Source of the DNA: Gammaproteobacteria bacterium
Lineage (GTDB): Bacteria > Pseudomonadota > Gammaproteobacteria > GCA-001735895
DNA: 64,000 nt
NCBI GenBank assembly: GCA_041688005.1
Contig: JBDNJA010000113.1
Span: 537-64,536, forward strand
Reading direction: 5' to 3'
In this document: positions 1 to 10,092 of the stretch, one piece after another
Numbering within the stretch: the first letter of the stretch is position 1
Layout: each line of letters starts with the position of its first letter
Position numbers and translations under genes: made by a program
The notes under the pieces: model-generated
The model's database searches: none
What the model was told of the DNA's origin: nothing
Seen by the model: only the letters and a program-made list of their open reading frames with translations

Positions 1-90
1 GAAGGCATAGATTACCCTGAAGGAAAATCGTGCCCTGAATGCAAATACTGGAAAGGGCGCAATAGATTCACCAATGAGCCATTGCACTAA
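1..90 (+). CDS. 3' end of an unidentified CDS entering from the left edge (...EGKSCPECKYWKGRNRFTNEPLH*)
   Basis: Frame 1 is open from base 1 to TAA at 88-90 and contains a CxxC pair. It is too short to assign a family. Confidence 0.3.
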   Translation, partial: EGIDYPEGKSCPECKYWKGRNRFTNEPLH

Positions 91-187
91 ATACAACCAA
101 CATAACCAGGCGCTGTTGTCGGAATCACTCGCTGCGCGCTCTCTCCGCAAAGCGCTGCGTTAGATGCCAAGGAAAGCCGTGATTACA

Positions 188-439
188 CTAGACGGAATCG
201 GAAAATATATATTCCAATACGCCACCGAGTGTTAACACTTGCGGTTTCGACAGCGCAAGAGAATTATTAAGTATGGCAAGAGGGTTTGCGGTTTCGAGAG
301 TGTCGCTGCCGCACCAAGCATATTCAAACAATTTGCTTTGCAGTTTTTTCAACTCTTCTAACAGAGCAACTGGGTCTAAACGCTCATATTGCTCATTCAA
401 AGCATCTTTGATTCCCTGGCTTACAGCCTTCACCATCAT
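188..439 (-). CDS. 83-aa hypothetical protein, possibly the C-terminal remnant of a transposase/integrase-like gene
   Basis: ORF from the track. Its 5' side abuts the ISL3 end at 479. The helical tail ...RLDPVALLEELKKLQSKLFEYAW resembles tails seen in some IS transposases, but I cannot place it. Confidence 0.25.
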   Translation of the reverse strand: MMVKAVSQGIKDALNEQYERLDPVALLEELKKLQSKLFEYAWCGSDTLETANPLAILNNSLALSKPQVLTLGGVLEYIFSDSV

Positions 440-478
440 AACCTGTTGATGAGGTGTTTTAGCCGTGTCATATTTTTT

Positions 479-1100
479 GGCTCTTCAGGAAAATTTGTGG
501 GTGAAAATAGCCCTATATTTAGGAACCAAAGTTAGTTTATCCGCAATTAAAGGGTAGTGCATCCCGCCCCGATTCTGAGAAGATGGAAGTATCGAGCTTT
601 CATCAAACAGGAAAAGAAACAGGATGCAGATCAAGACTATCCTAAATCGCGTACAAAAATTCAAATCATTTATTTACGGCACCGTTCGTTGGGTTGAAGG
701 CACGGCAGTGCCAACCCTAGAGGTCGAGATACAACCGCGCACGAACAGCCGACCCATTTGTAGTATCTGTCGATGTCAAAGACCCGGTTACGACAAGTTA
801 CCCGAACGACGTTTCGAGTTTATCCCGATGTGGGGAAACAAACTATTTTTCGTCTATGCACCGCGCCGAGTCAACTGTCCTCGCTGTGGAATCCGCGTAG
901 AGAAAATGCCCTGGGTGACAGGCAAACATCAGCTCACAGAAGCCTATGTTTGGTTTTTGGCCGGTTGGGCAAAACGACTCAGTTGGAAAGAAGTAGCCGA
1001 AGCGTTTCGAACCAGTTGGGATCATGTCTTCTGTTCAGTGGAGCGAGCCGTCAGTTGGGGCCGAGCGCACCAAGAACAAGAAGGGGTCAAGTGTTGATAA
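479..1100 (+). mobile_element. Truncated ISL3-family insertion sequence (left end plus 5' third of the transposase gene)
   Basis: GGCTCTTCAGGAAAATTT at 479 resembles the GGCTCTTC... terminal inverted repeats of ISL3-family elements. The transposase ORF begins 145 nt inside and stops after 157 aa. I saw no right end. Confidence 0.6.
624..1097 (+). pseudogene. ISL3-family transposase, N-terminal zinc-ribbon/HTH fragment (157 aa versus about 400+ aa for intact copies)
   Basis: It has C-x2-C ... C-x2-C (CSICRC...CPRCG) and the ...FVYAPRRVNCPRCGIRVEKMPW... block typical of IS204/IS1001/IS1096/IS1165-type transposase N-termini. Confidence 0.75.
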
Positions 1101-1135
1101 AATACCTTTAAAGATCTCGGGCCGGGGTTAGCTTA

Positions 1136-1168
1136 GTAGGCCTGATAAGCCACAGGTGCGATCAGGCG
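1136..1168 (+). repeat. REP-type hairpin with GTAG head (GTAGGCCTGATAAGCC...GCGATCAGGCG)
   Basis: The stem is GCCTGAT/ATCAGGC. It closely resembles the enterobacterial REP consensus ...CTTATCAGGCCTAC. Confidence 0.6.
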
Positions 1169-1248
1169 TGACCAACTTGCCAATGCTACCAAGCTGAGGA
1201 TAAAAAGTAATCGTAATAACCGACTGGATACTATGTTGTTGAGTGTTT

Positions 1249-1278
1249 GCCGGAAGGCGCTTCGCTTTTCCGGCCTAC
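1249..1278 (-). repeat. REP-type hairpin (GCCGGAAGGCGCTTCGCTTTTCCGGCCTAC)
   Basis: It has a 7-bp stem GCCGGAA/TTCCGGC with the GTAGGCC head on the minus strand. A related copy lies at 59768-59795. Confidence 0.6.
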
Positions 1279-1293
1279 AACATTATCGCCCCA

Positions 1294-2352
1294 TTAATCC
1301 GCGTATAACGCTCCAGTGCTAGTGGCTAGAAAATCATCAAGAGCTATGTCTTCTTGTTTGATAAAGCCCTGTTGGGGCAATTTGCCATCACGCACCATTT
1401 CGATGATCGCGACCACAGATGCCGAAGTCGTCCACGAAATGGCGGTTCGATGTTTGCCTGCAATTTCTATAGGCCTATAAGCTCGTACAAATTCTTTACG
1501 TGCTGGCCGAGAATCACTCATACCTTCAGCCGCGACATGGACATAAACCACATCATCATCCACCGGTGGTTTGGCATTAACCAAAATTTGTCCTGCTTCT
1601 TCGCGTCGATCCCGCATCAGTAGTTCGTGAAAAAAGAAGTTCATTAAGTCCATATGGCCGGGATAACGCATGGTTTTATAATCGATGTTGGCGACTTTTC
1701 CGTGGTAAGTGTCGCACATGGTTGCGAGCCCACCCGATGTGGTAAATGCTTCGAGTTTCATGCCGTCGATGTAAATCGTCTCTAACCATTCCATTGGTGA
1801 AACCCACTTTCGTTCACCATCTTCGATCACTTCACAGTCATTCAAGTATTCATTGACGACGCCTTCGGCTGACCAGTTAAACGAATAGCCCAATAGCCCC
1901 GTCGGGTTTTGCGGCAGTGCGCCAACGCGCATTCGACAAGATCGACATTCGCTTAGTTTGGATATCAAGCTGGCGCCGACGATACCGACAAAACCGGGGG
2001 CTAGACCGCATTGCGGTGCCATTACGCCGCGTGATGTTTTGCCTAGCTCGATAATGGCGTTGGTGGTTGCGACATCTTCGGTTAAATCGAAATAATGAAT
2101 GCCAGTATCATGGGCCAATTTGGATATTTCTATATTGAGATGAAAAGGCAGGCAGGACAGAACGGCATCTACTTTTTCGAACTCGGTGCGCATACTTTGG
2201 ACAGAACTGAGATCGACCACTTTGGTCATAAAATCAAAGTCTTCATTCGCTTCGCGCAGGTCAAAGCCAATCACCTGAAATTTGGCATCGTGCAATAGTT
2301 GAGCCGCCAGTGCGCCTACCTTGCCTAGTCCGAGTACTGCAATTTTTTCCAT
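1294..2352 (-). CDS. Saccharopine dehydrogenase-like NAD(P)-binding oxidoreductase
   Basis: N-terminal Rossmann motif IAVLGLGKVGALAAQLL. Length and overall similarity fit the saccharopine/carboxynorspermidine dehydrogenase family. I place the start at the internal ATG (MEKIAVLG), which has an AGGGG Shine-Dalgarno upstream. Confidence 0.75.
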   Translation of the reverse strand: MEKIAVLGLGKVGALAAQLLHDAKFQVIGFDLREANEDFDFMTKVVDLSSVQSMRTEFEKVDAVLSCLPFHLNIEISKLAHDTGIHYFDLTEDVATTNAIIELGKTSRGVMAPQCGLAPGFVGIVGASLISKLSECRSCRMRVGALPQNPTGLLGYSFNWSAEGVVNEYLNDCEVIEDGERKWVSPMEWLETIYIDGMKLEAFTTSGGLATMCDTYHGKVANIDYKTMRYPGHMDLMNFFFHELLMRDRREEAGQILVNAKPPVDDDVVYVHVAAEGMSDSRPARKEFVRAYRPIEIAGKHRTAISWTTSASVVAIIEMVRDGKLPQQGFIKQEDIALDDFLATSTGALYAD

Positions 2353-2439
2353 GGTTGTTCTACCCCTTTTAAATTTAGACCATCTCAATTTAGACCTTCT
2401 TTACTTAGACAATCCCAAATAAGACTTTAGAAGCGCCCG

Positions 2440-3462
2440 CTAAATCACGACCGCACGTTGTTCATCGATCCCCATCGATAGTAAAAATGGATGCTTTGCC
2501 TGCCTGTCGACAAAGTCCTGTTTGCTGCGAATGCCCTGCCAGTGTTCTGCGATCAAACATTGTGCGATAGCGCCACCCAGTGTTTGGCCTGGTCCAAGGA
2601 CGATGATGTTGTCGGGCGCAAACTCACGCAGGCTTGATCTCACCGATGCAAGAAAATCAAATGGCGTTACCACCTGGTGTCCGAGCGTGTAATCCCACAA
2701 GTCAGCTTGATTAGAGGCCTGTGGTAGCCAGACATGCCCACGACCATCGATCAGTGGTAACGTCGGCTGTCGAAATAAATTGGGTGGCAATTGCTGTTTT
2801 GCGATGGCCGTAATAGGTTGCTGTAGTGGCGAGTGGAATGCGGCGTGATTATGCAGCCGCATCGGGAACCGATCCTGTATGGGTTCGAGTGCTTGCTCGC
2901 AAGTCTTGAGCGCTTTCTCCGTACCCGCGAATACAATCATGCCGCCGAGCTGAATCGATAAATACAAATCGGGAATACGGTCGGTCAATGCCATTAGTTC
3001 ATCACGCTTGTGAGGAATCTCGATCCAGTTTTCATCGACATAGGGGTATAACAATTGACCGCCAATGAGTGCGTCCTGCATCAGCGTGCCCATGGTATTC
3101 ACCACCTCGAACCCCTGGTTAGTGTCGAGTGCACCAGCGCAGGCGAGCGCGATATACCAGCCCATCGAATTACCAGCCACACCAACGATGTCAAATTTAT
3201 CGCGATTGATCGATAAGAAGTCTGCATAGGCACAGGCAAAGATCAGCGAAGAGGCATTATCGCCTCGGGTTAAACGGCTCGTCGAATAGGTGGCAGCGCT
3301 ATCCAGTTCAGTTAGAGATGGTTGTCCCAATGCCTCGCGACGCGCATCAAATTCAGACAGCATCGGCTGTTGTCCTTGATGATTTTTTGCAAGATATCCC
3401 AACTCTTGACGGTTATAGGTGCCGCGTCCTGGGCAGATAACCAATGCTGATTGTCGTTTCAT
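2440..3462 (-). CDS. FabD-like acyltransferase (malonyl-CoA:ACP transacylase superfamily), atypical
   Basis: Nucleophile elbow GNSMGW in place of GHSxG, and a HAAFHSPL motif as in AT domains. The start lies 3 nt after the upstream E1 stop. Confidence 0.6.
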   Translation of the reverse strand: MKRQSALVICPGRGTYNRQELGYLAKNHQGQQPMLSEFDARREALGQPSLTELDSAATYSTSRLTRGDNASSLIFACAYADFLSINRDKFDIVGVAGNSMGWYIALACAGALDTNQGFEVVNTMGTLMQDALIGGQLLYPYVDENWIEIPHKRDELMALTDRIPDLYLSIQLGGMIVFAGTEKALKTCEQALEPIQDRFPMRLHNHAAFHSPLQQPITAIAKQQLPPNLFRQPTLPLIDGRGHVWLPQASNQADLWDYTLGHQVVTPFDFLASVRSSLREFAPDNIIVLGPGQTLGGAIAQCLIAEHWQGIRSKQDFVDRQAKHPFLLSMGIDEQRAVVI

Positions 3463-3465
3463 CGG

Positions 3466-5697
3466 TTACTCCTCAATCTGAGATTTCACTAATGCTAGAG
3501 CCGCATTAACAATGTCATCCCGACTCGGCATGGTTGCACCATAAGCAGGGCCGGTTGCGATAAAGGAATCCTTTGCGGCTAGGCGAGTAGGAGTATGGTT
3601 CGACTTTTCGGCGAATAATGTCATGAGAGCTTCGCTTTGTGATCCTGTGCTACGGCATTCATCCACAATCAAAACTTGTTTGCAGTCTGCAGTGGCTTCG
3701 ATGATGGCGGTTTCTGGCAAGGGGGCAATCCAGCGACTATCGATTATTCGGCAAGCAATGCCATGCGTTTCGCGGAGTATTTTTTCGGCTTGAGCTGACA
3801 GGTAAAAACCATTCGCATAACTGACAATGGCTAAATCTGTGTCATCACCTTTACAGTCGCCATGAACGCCGACTGTATCAAAAGTCATGTTGGGTTGACT
3901 GCCAACGGCTGGGTATTGGTGAGTCCACAAACCATCGTCGGGCTGATGCAGATCTCGTGTCATATACAAAGCGATCGGTTCTACAAAAACCACCACACGT
4001 TGTTCTTCCCGAGCGAGGCGTATCGATTCTCGTAGCATTAATACCGCGTCACGACCATTCGATGGGCAGGCGATGACTATGCCTGGAATATCGCGCAATA
4101 CGGCCAGAGAATTGTCATTGTGAAAATGACCACCAAAGCCACGTTGATATCCCAGACCGGCGACACGGATCACCATCGGATTGCAGAATTGACCATTGGA
4201 AAAGAAGGGCAGAGTCGCAGCCTCGCCCCGTAACTGGTCTTCGGCATTGTGTAAATAAGCCAAAAATTGAATCTCCGCAATCGGTACAAATCCGTTATGC
4301 GCCATGCCAATCGCTAATCCCATGATTGATTGCTCATCAAGTAATGTGTCGCTGACCCGGCTAACCCCGAAGCGTTTTTGTAAGTGTTGGGTGACGCCAT
4401 AGACACCACCTTTGCGGCCCACATCTTCACCGGCTAGCACGACTTCTTTATGATCCATCATTAAGTCAGTCAACGCGAAGTTGATCATTTTTGCCATATG
4501 TTGTGGTTTGTCGAGTGCACGAGTGTCTGCCGACCCGAAAGTCAGATGTCTTTGTTGTTTGGATGCGCGCACGACTGGTTCGCAGCTACGCTTAGGCGGC
4601 ACAATACTTGCCATCACTTGCTGGGCCGTTTGCAGGCGAGGTAATTTGATGACCTGTTCGGCGGCACGCTCAACACGGTCACCGATACGGTTATATATCG
4701 AGATAACTTCGATAGCACTTAAACCGGCGGACTCGATTAAAGTCTTCGCGCTATACAGCAAAGGGTCGTGAGCTTCGGTGTTTTCAATGTGCTCATTTGA
4801 TAAATAACTGGTTTGTACATCTGGCCCGGCGTGACCATATAAACGCACGCAGGACATATGCAAAAAAGCAGGTTGGCGAGTTCGCCTAACCCAATCGGCT
4901 ACTTTTTTGGTGGTGGCGTAAGTGTCTACAATATCCAGCCCATTACATTTGAAATACTGAAGGCCGGGGCGGTTCGACATAGTAGCCTCGACCCAGCCGA
5001 CGGGCGTTTTGACCGATATGCCAATGCCATTGTCTTCGCAGACGAAAACCAGTGGCAATGGAATACCTTGAAACGCATTCCAACCAGTTGTATTGAATGC
5101 GGCCTGCGACGAAGCATGATTAAGCGACGCATCACCAAAGCTGCAAAGCACGACTGCATCGTCAGGCAAAGCTTGATGTTCGGGTTTAATCCGTTTTGCC
5201 ATGCCCACCGAATAAGCGGTGCCGACTGCCTTGGGTAAATGAGAGGCGATGGTGCTGGTCTGCGGTGGAATGGCGAGAGACTTCGAGCCGAGCACCTTGT
5301 GTCGCCCACCTGAAATAGGGTCGAACATGGCAGTCGAAAAGCTAAGCAGCATATCCCAAAGTGGGGTTTGGCCTGGTACTTGTGCTGCACGAGCAATCTG
5401 AAATGCCGCATCGCGATAATGCAGAAAAGCCATATCATCGGGCCGAAAGGCGCTCGCAATCGCAGCACTGCCTTCATGGCCAGAAGAGCCAATGGTATAG
5501 AAACCCTGGCCTTGTGCCTGCATTTTACGTGACTTGCGATCAAGCTGACGACTCAAGGCTTGCGAGTAAAAGATGCTAACCAACTGCTCGTTACTCAGCC
5601 CCGCTTCGGTCAGTGATAAATCACTAATATTGAAGTCAAGATCCTGCTCGGCGACGCGACGCAGGAAGTTGTCATGAACAATATCGGCTCGATCCAT
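3466..5697 (-). CDS. Thiamine-diphosphate-dependent 2-oxoacid dehydrogenase E1 component, fused alpha-beta (743 aa)
   Basis: The N-terminal half resembles E1-alpha (TPP-binding). The C-terminal half resembles E1-beta/transketolase-like (…VVLAGEDVGRKGGVYGVT…, …AEIQFLAYLHNA…). Confidence 0.85.
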   Translation of the reverse strand: MDRADIVHDNFLRRVAEQDLDFNISDLSLTEAGLSNEQLVSIFYSQALSRQLDRKSRKMQAQGQGFYTIGSSGHEGSAAIASAFRPDDMAFLHYRDAAFQIARAAQVPGQTPLWDMLLSFSTAMFDPISGGRHKVLGSKSLAIPPQTSTIASHLPKAVGTAYSVGMAKRIKPEHQALPDDAVVLCSFGDASLNHASSQAAFNTTGWNAFQGIPLPLVFVCEDNGIGISVKTPVGWVEATMSNRPGLQYFKCNGLDIVDTYATTKKVADWVRRTRQPAFLHMSCVRLYGHAGPDVQTSYLSNEHIENTEAHDPLLYSAKTLIESAGLSAIEVISIYNRIGDRVERAAEQVIKLPRLQTAQQVMASIVPPKRSCEPVVRASKQQRHLTFGSADTRALDKPQHMAKMINFALTDLMMDHKEVVLAGEDVGRKGGVYGVTQHLQKRFGVSRVSDTLLDEQSIMGLAIGMAHNGFVPIAEIQFLAYLHNAEDQLRGEAATLPFFSNGQFCNPMVIRVAGLGYQRGFGGHFHNDNSLAVLRDIPGIVIACPSNGRDAVLMLRESIRLAREEQRVVVFVEPIALYMTRDLHQPDDGLWTHQYPAVGSQPNMTFDTVGVHGDCKGDDTDLAIVSYANGFYLSAQAEKILRETHGIACRIIDSRWIAPLPETAIIEATADCKQVLIVDECRSTGSQSEALMTLFAEKSNHTPTRLAAKDSFIATGPAYGATMPSRDDIVNAALALVKSQIEE

Positions 5698-5749
5698 ACT
5701 TGTGATTACTACCAGTTGAGCTGAGAAATTAGGGCAGGGAAAGAAGCGC

Positions 5750-6964
5750 TCAGAAAAAAGCCTGCAGGCCAGTTTGCGCGCGCCCTAGAATCAAGGCATG
5801 CACGTCGTGAGTTCCTTCATAGGTATTCACCGTTTCAAGATTTTGCATATGACGCATGACATGAAAATCTTCATGGATACCATTACCACCATGCATATCG
5901 CGCGCGTGGCGGGCAATTTCAAGCGCTTTGCCGCAATTATTACGTTTCATCATCGATATCATTTCTGGCGCCATCTGGCCGTCATCGAACAGCCGACCCA
6001 GACGAAGTGAACCCTGCATACCCAGCGTAATGTCGGTTTGCATATCGGCCAGTTTTTTCTGGAAGAGTTGAGTTTGTGCCAGCGGTCGGCCGAATTGTTT
6101 GCGGTCGAGACCATACTGTCTAGCGGCGAACCAGCAACTTTCAGCCGCGCCCAGAACGCCCCAGGCAATGCCATAGCGCGCCCTATTAAGACAACTAAAT
6201 GGGCCCTTAAGGCCTTCGGTATCAGGTAGCAAAGCGTCTTCACCAACTTCAACATTACTCATCACGATCTCGCCAGTGATTGATGCGCGCAAGCTCAGCT
6301 TGCCCTCGATCTTCGGTGTCGATAACCCAGTCATACCCCTGTCGAGAATAAACCCGCGAATCTTATTATCATGTGCTTTGGACTTTGCCCAGACCACAAA
6401 TACATCTGCGATAGGGCTATTCGAAATCCACATCTTAGAACCATTCAATCGATAGCCATTGCTCGTTTTTTCCGCTCTGGTGCTCATGCTGGCCGGGTCT
6501 GAGCCAGAGTCGGGTTCAGTTAAACCGAAGCAGCCAATGAATTCACCACTGGCGAGTTTTGGTAGATATTTTTGTTTTTGCTGTTCCGAGCCAAACGCCT
6601 GGATGGGGTACATCACCAGCGACGATTGCACCGACATCATCGAGCGATACCCTGAATCGACCCGTTCAATTTCACGGGCAATCAGGCCGTAAGAAACATA
6701 ATTTGCACCAATGCCGCCATACGCCTCCGGCACAGTGACACCAAGCAAGCCCATCTCGCCCATTTCCTTAAAAATCCCAACATCGGTGGTTTCGTTTCGA
6801 TAGGCTTCGACCACGCGCGGTAGTAATTTGTCCTGTGCAAATTCGCGGGTGGCATCTCGCAGCATGCGCTCATCATCGTTAAGTTGCTGATCAATCAGAA
6901 AAGGGTCGTCCCAGACGAAGTCCGCTGTGTGCTTGTTTGATTTTTGATTCATTTCTTGATTCAT
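5750..6964 (-). CDS. gcdH: Glutaryl-CoA dehydrogenase (acyl-CoA dehydrogenase family)
   Basis: The N-terminus [22 protein letters not shown]... and the C-terminus ...[23 protein letters not shown] are characteristic of GcdH. Confidence 0.85.
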   Translation of the reverse strand: MNQEMNQKSNKHTADFVWDDPFLIDQQLNDDERMLRDATREFAQDKLLPRVVEAYRNETTDVGIFKEMGEMGLLGVTVPEAYGGIGANYVSYGLIAREIERVDSGYRSMMSVQSSLVMYPIQAFGSEQQKQKYLPKLASGEFIGCFGLTEPDSGSDPASMSTRAEKTSNGYRLNGSKMWISNSPIADVFVVWAKSKAHDNKIRGFILDRGMTGLSTPKIEGKLSLRASITGEIVMSNVEVGEDALLPDTEGLKGPFSCLNRARYGIAWGVLGAAESCWFAARQYGLDRKQFGRPLAQTQLFQKKLADMQTDITLGMQGSLRLGRLFDDGQMAPEMISMMKRNNCGKALEIARHARDMHGGNGIHEDFHVMRHMQNLETVNTYEGTHDVHALILGRAQTGLQAFF

Positions 6965-7041
6965 GTTTTGATCCTTCGATGTAGCTCGCTTAATTAGGCT
7001 GTGCGGAATAACTATCTATTTTTACTGTGTCTTTGTCTATC

Positions 7042-7059
7042 ATAAGAGCAAAAACTTAT
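7042..7059. promoter_or_regulatory. Interrupted dyad ATAAG-N8-CTTAT in the gcdH/lysR divergent region (candidate LysR-type site)
   Basis: The dyad is seen directly in the sequence. A regulatory function is only inferred from its position. Confidence 0.3.
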
Positions 7060-7176
7060 TCCGAAACCTCATAATATTGTGTTCGCCATCATTTGATATA
7101 TAGCTCTAAACCCTAGTATATTGAGTCGAAAGTGGATTAATATTGATATTCTCACATATTTATATGCATAAACGGA

Positions 7177-8076
7177 ATGATATCCTCTAGAAGATTCTTG
7201 CCATCGACCAGTCAGTTGCTCGCATTCGAAGCGGTTGCGCGACATCAAAGCGTTACAGTGGCAGCGCAGGAGCTCTCATTAACGCAGAGTGCTGTTAGTC
7301 GGCAATTGCAGAAACTAGAAGCACAGATCGATATTGCGTTGTTTGATCGTAAAAAAAAGCGCGTGAAACTAACCGCCGCAGGCGAAATCTATTTCGAAGA
7401 AATTCAGGTCGCATTAAAACAAATTGCCAATGTCAGCCTCCGGCTTAAGTCTAATCCGGAGGGTGGTAGTCTCAATCTTGCCATCTTGCCAACCTTCGGC
7501 ACACGTTGGCTCGCCCCTCGATTGAATGATTTCCTGACGAAAAATTCTGGAGTGACCATTAATCTCAGCACTCGACTGGTTCCTTTCAATTTTGATAGTG
7601 AGGCAATGGATGCCGCAATATATTTTGGCTCACCCTCGTTATGGCCAGAGTGTGAATATCAAAAGATTATGGATGAAGCGATATTGCCTGCTTGTGCCCC
7701 TGCTTTATTGACATCGGTGAAAGTCACAACCCCGTCCGATTTGCTCAAATTTCCACTGTTGCACCTGCAAACACGGCCAAGCGCCTGGCAACAATGGATG
7801 AAGGCTCACCAGGTAGAATCGTCCAATCTGACAGGTATGTCTTTCGATCAATTCGCGATGATGAGCAATGCGGCTACGCAAGGTGTGGGTGTCGCACTTT
7901 TGCCCCAGTTTTTAATTGAATCAGAACTACGCGATGGCCAGTTAGTATCTGCCTATGGAGATGCGGCGAGTAGTCAAGGAAGCTATTATTTGGTATGGCC
8001 GAAACAAAAATCACACTATAAGCCTTTGATTCGGTTCAGAACTTGGTTGAGGGGCCAGACTGATAATGCCGTTTGA
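7177..8076 (+). CDS. LysR-family transcriptional regulator, divergent from gcdH (GcdR-like position)
   Basis: N-terminal HTH ...LLAFEAVARHQSVTVAAQELSLTQSAVSRQLQKLE... followed by a LysR substrate-binding domain. Confidence 0.9.
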   Translation: MISSRRFLPSTSQLLAFEAVARHQSVTVAAQELSLTQSAVSRQLQKLEAQIDIALFDRKKKRVKLTAAGEIYFEEIQVALKQIANVSLRLKSNPEGGSLNLAILPTFGTRWLAPRLNDFLTKNSGVTINLSTRLVPFNFDSEAMDAAIYFGSPSLWPECEYQKIMDEAILPACAPALLTSVKVTTPSDLLKFPLLHLQTRPSAWQQWMKAHQVESSNLTGMSFDQFAMMSNAATQGVGVALLPQFLIESELRDGQLVSAYGDAASSQGSYYLVWPKQKSHYKPLIRFRTWLRGQTDNAV

Positions 8077-8372
8077 AAAGAAGCTTGGGTTAAGACTCTT
8101 CGAAAAAACTATTGGGTAACATAGATTGAGCCGATTCATTTAGCTTTTGATTTATCTTCTTCATATTGGAATTGGGACTGACATCCTTCCCTGCTTTGGT
8201 ATTGGCGACAGAGTAAAGTGAACAGCGTCAGCTCGAATGCAGATAATTTCTCGCGACTACGTCATCCTGCGGATGCCGATAAAACCCACTCCACATCGTG
8301 CTCTAAAATATGACGAGTGACACCATCAAAATCGATTGAGTCGTTCGATATTTTTTGATTGCGCGATATCCC

Positions 8373-8843
8373 TCACCTCGAAGCATTGGTCAATCTATTT
8401 AAGGGGACGGCCACAGAAGAAGATACTCGTTGTGTCGTCATTATTGGTAAAGGTAGAGCCTTTAGCGTAGATTGATGATATTCCAGCACTGGCAGGAACA
8501 GATCCTTATCCGATGGGTTACCTTCTTCTATCGACAGGTAAGTAATAAAACCGCGTCGTTCACTGCTCAAATTAATCTTATGACCATACTGTACGTCGCG
8601 AAATCCTTTGACGATAATATCGGTATGCGGCTCGAAAAGGCTGACGAGTTTTCCCGAGGAATGAACCGTCTCCTTGTGGATAACACGGCGCTCAGTTTGA
8701 TCGACAATTTTCAGCATTAAGTCCCTGTAGTGCTCCAATTTTAGCATCCACTTTTCTTTCTTCTCACCTTCACAGGCGTCTGCACGGACGCTTTGCAGTC
8801 CTCTATCCACTTGTTTTAATACTAACCGTGACAGCTTTAGCAA
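8373..8843 (-). pseudogene. IS5/IS1182-like transposase, internal fragment
   Basis: The block ...GKLVSLFEPHTDIIVKGFRDVQYGHK... matches the conserved SLFEPHT-IIRKGK...FG-K signature of this transposase group. The fragment is 156 aa and lacks the DDE C-terminal part. Confidence 0.55.
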
Positions 8844-8880
8844 GTCTGGGTAAAGCCGTTCTTTTTCGGTGTTTTTCGCG

Positions 8881-8916
8881 ATAAAAATCTCGGTCGCTTG
8901 CGGCCGAGATTTTTAT
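8881..8916. terminator. Strong 16-bp hairpin (ATAAAAATCTCGGTCG-CTTG-CGGCCGAGATTTTTAT) flanked by T/A runs
   Basis: Seen directly, with one G-T wobble. It could act bidirectionally. Confidence 0.5.
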
Positions 8917-9216
8917 GAGGATTTTTTTATGCTTAACGAAAATAAATCTTTTACTTCAATGGCTTATTTGTTTCTGGATGGGCACTAGTTAATCTATTGA
9001 TATATATGGATACGCAATCCAGCCATGTATGCGCCTCTACGGCGATGCCCATGTTACTGCAGCTCTAGTGCTCGGCGCCAGCGGTGGTCTTGCCTAAGCA
9101 ACCATTACGGCGCTAATGTCCGACCCCGAAATAGACAGCATCGGCAACAAAGACTTTCGCTTGATAAGCAACGATAACCCCTGCTTTATCATTCGATGGG
9201 CCCTGGTCAAATTGGC

Positions 9217-10029
9217 CTATCCTTTAGAATGCCAACCGTTATCAACATAAAGTGCATTACCCGTAATAAAGCTAGCTTCATCTGAGGCTAAGAACACCAC
9301 AGCCGCTGCCACTTCTTCGGGTTCACAGATCCGACCCTGAGCCTCGGCCAGCGCACCGTCTTCCCAGGTTTGACCGGCTGTATCCAGTTCGTCAATTTCA
9401 CGCAAACCGTGGGCAGTTTTAACAAATCCAGGGCAGACTGCATTACATCGAATGCCTTTATCCCGGTATTCGGCTGAAATACTACGAGCAAGCTGCAACA
9501 CTGCCCCTTTGGTCATGCAGTAAAGCGATTCCAGGGCATAACCCAGTTCAGAAGCGATGGACCCGGTGATAACAATCGAGCCACCGCCATTATCACTCAT
9601 CTCTTTTACTGCGCGGCGGCACACCAAAAAGGCCGAACGAACATTGATATCCATCAAACGCTCATAATCCGCTTCGGTCGACTCGTGTAACGGCTTGACC
9701 GTAATCGTGCCAGCGTGGTTAAACAACACATTGTATCCACCAAAGACTTCGTTAACTCGATCAAAGGCTTCATCAACTTGAACCGAATCGGAAACATCGG
9801 TTTCGATAAATTCAGCGACGCCACCACTTTCACGAATGCGTTTTACGATCGCTTCACCCGCTTCTTTTTGAATATCAAGTATCACTACTCTGGCTCCTTC
9901 TCGAGCAAAAGCTAAGGATGTCGCACTGCCCATTCCCGCCGCGCCACCGGTAATAACGGCAGTTTTGCCCGCCAATCGGCCAGCGGGTTGTTTACTTTGA
10001 GCCAGACTGTTCGAAACGTCGTTTGTCAT
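9217..10029 (-). CDS. Short-chain dehydrogenase/reductase (SDR)
   Basis: Cofactor motif TGGAAGMG and a YxxxK catalytic region (LYCMTKGAV). Confidence 0.9.
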   Translation of the reverse strand: MTNDVSNSLAQSKQPAGRLAGKTAVITGGAAGMGSATSLAFAREGARVVILDIQKEAGEAIVKRIRESGGVAEFIETDVSDSVQVDEAFDRVNEVFGGYNVLFNHAGTITVKPLHESTEADYERLMDINVRSAFLVCRRAVKEMSDNGGGSIVITGSIASELGYALESLYCMTKGAVLQLARSISAEYRDKGIRCNAVCPGFVKTAHGLREIDELDTAGQTWEDGALAEAQGRICEPEEVAAAVVFLASDEASFITGNALYVDNGWHSKG

Positions 10030-10092
10030 ACATTGTTCTCCAATATCTATTTAAAAATTAAGCGCTGAAACGTTGTATAAAATATTTATCGC

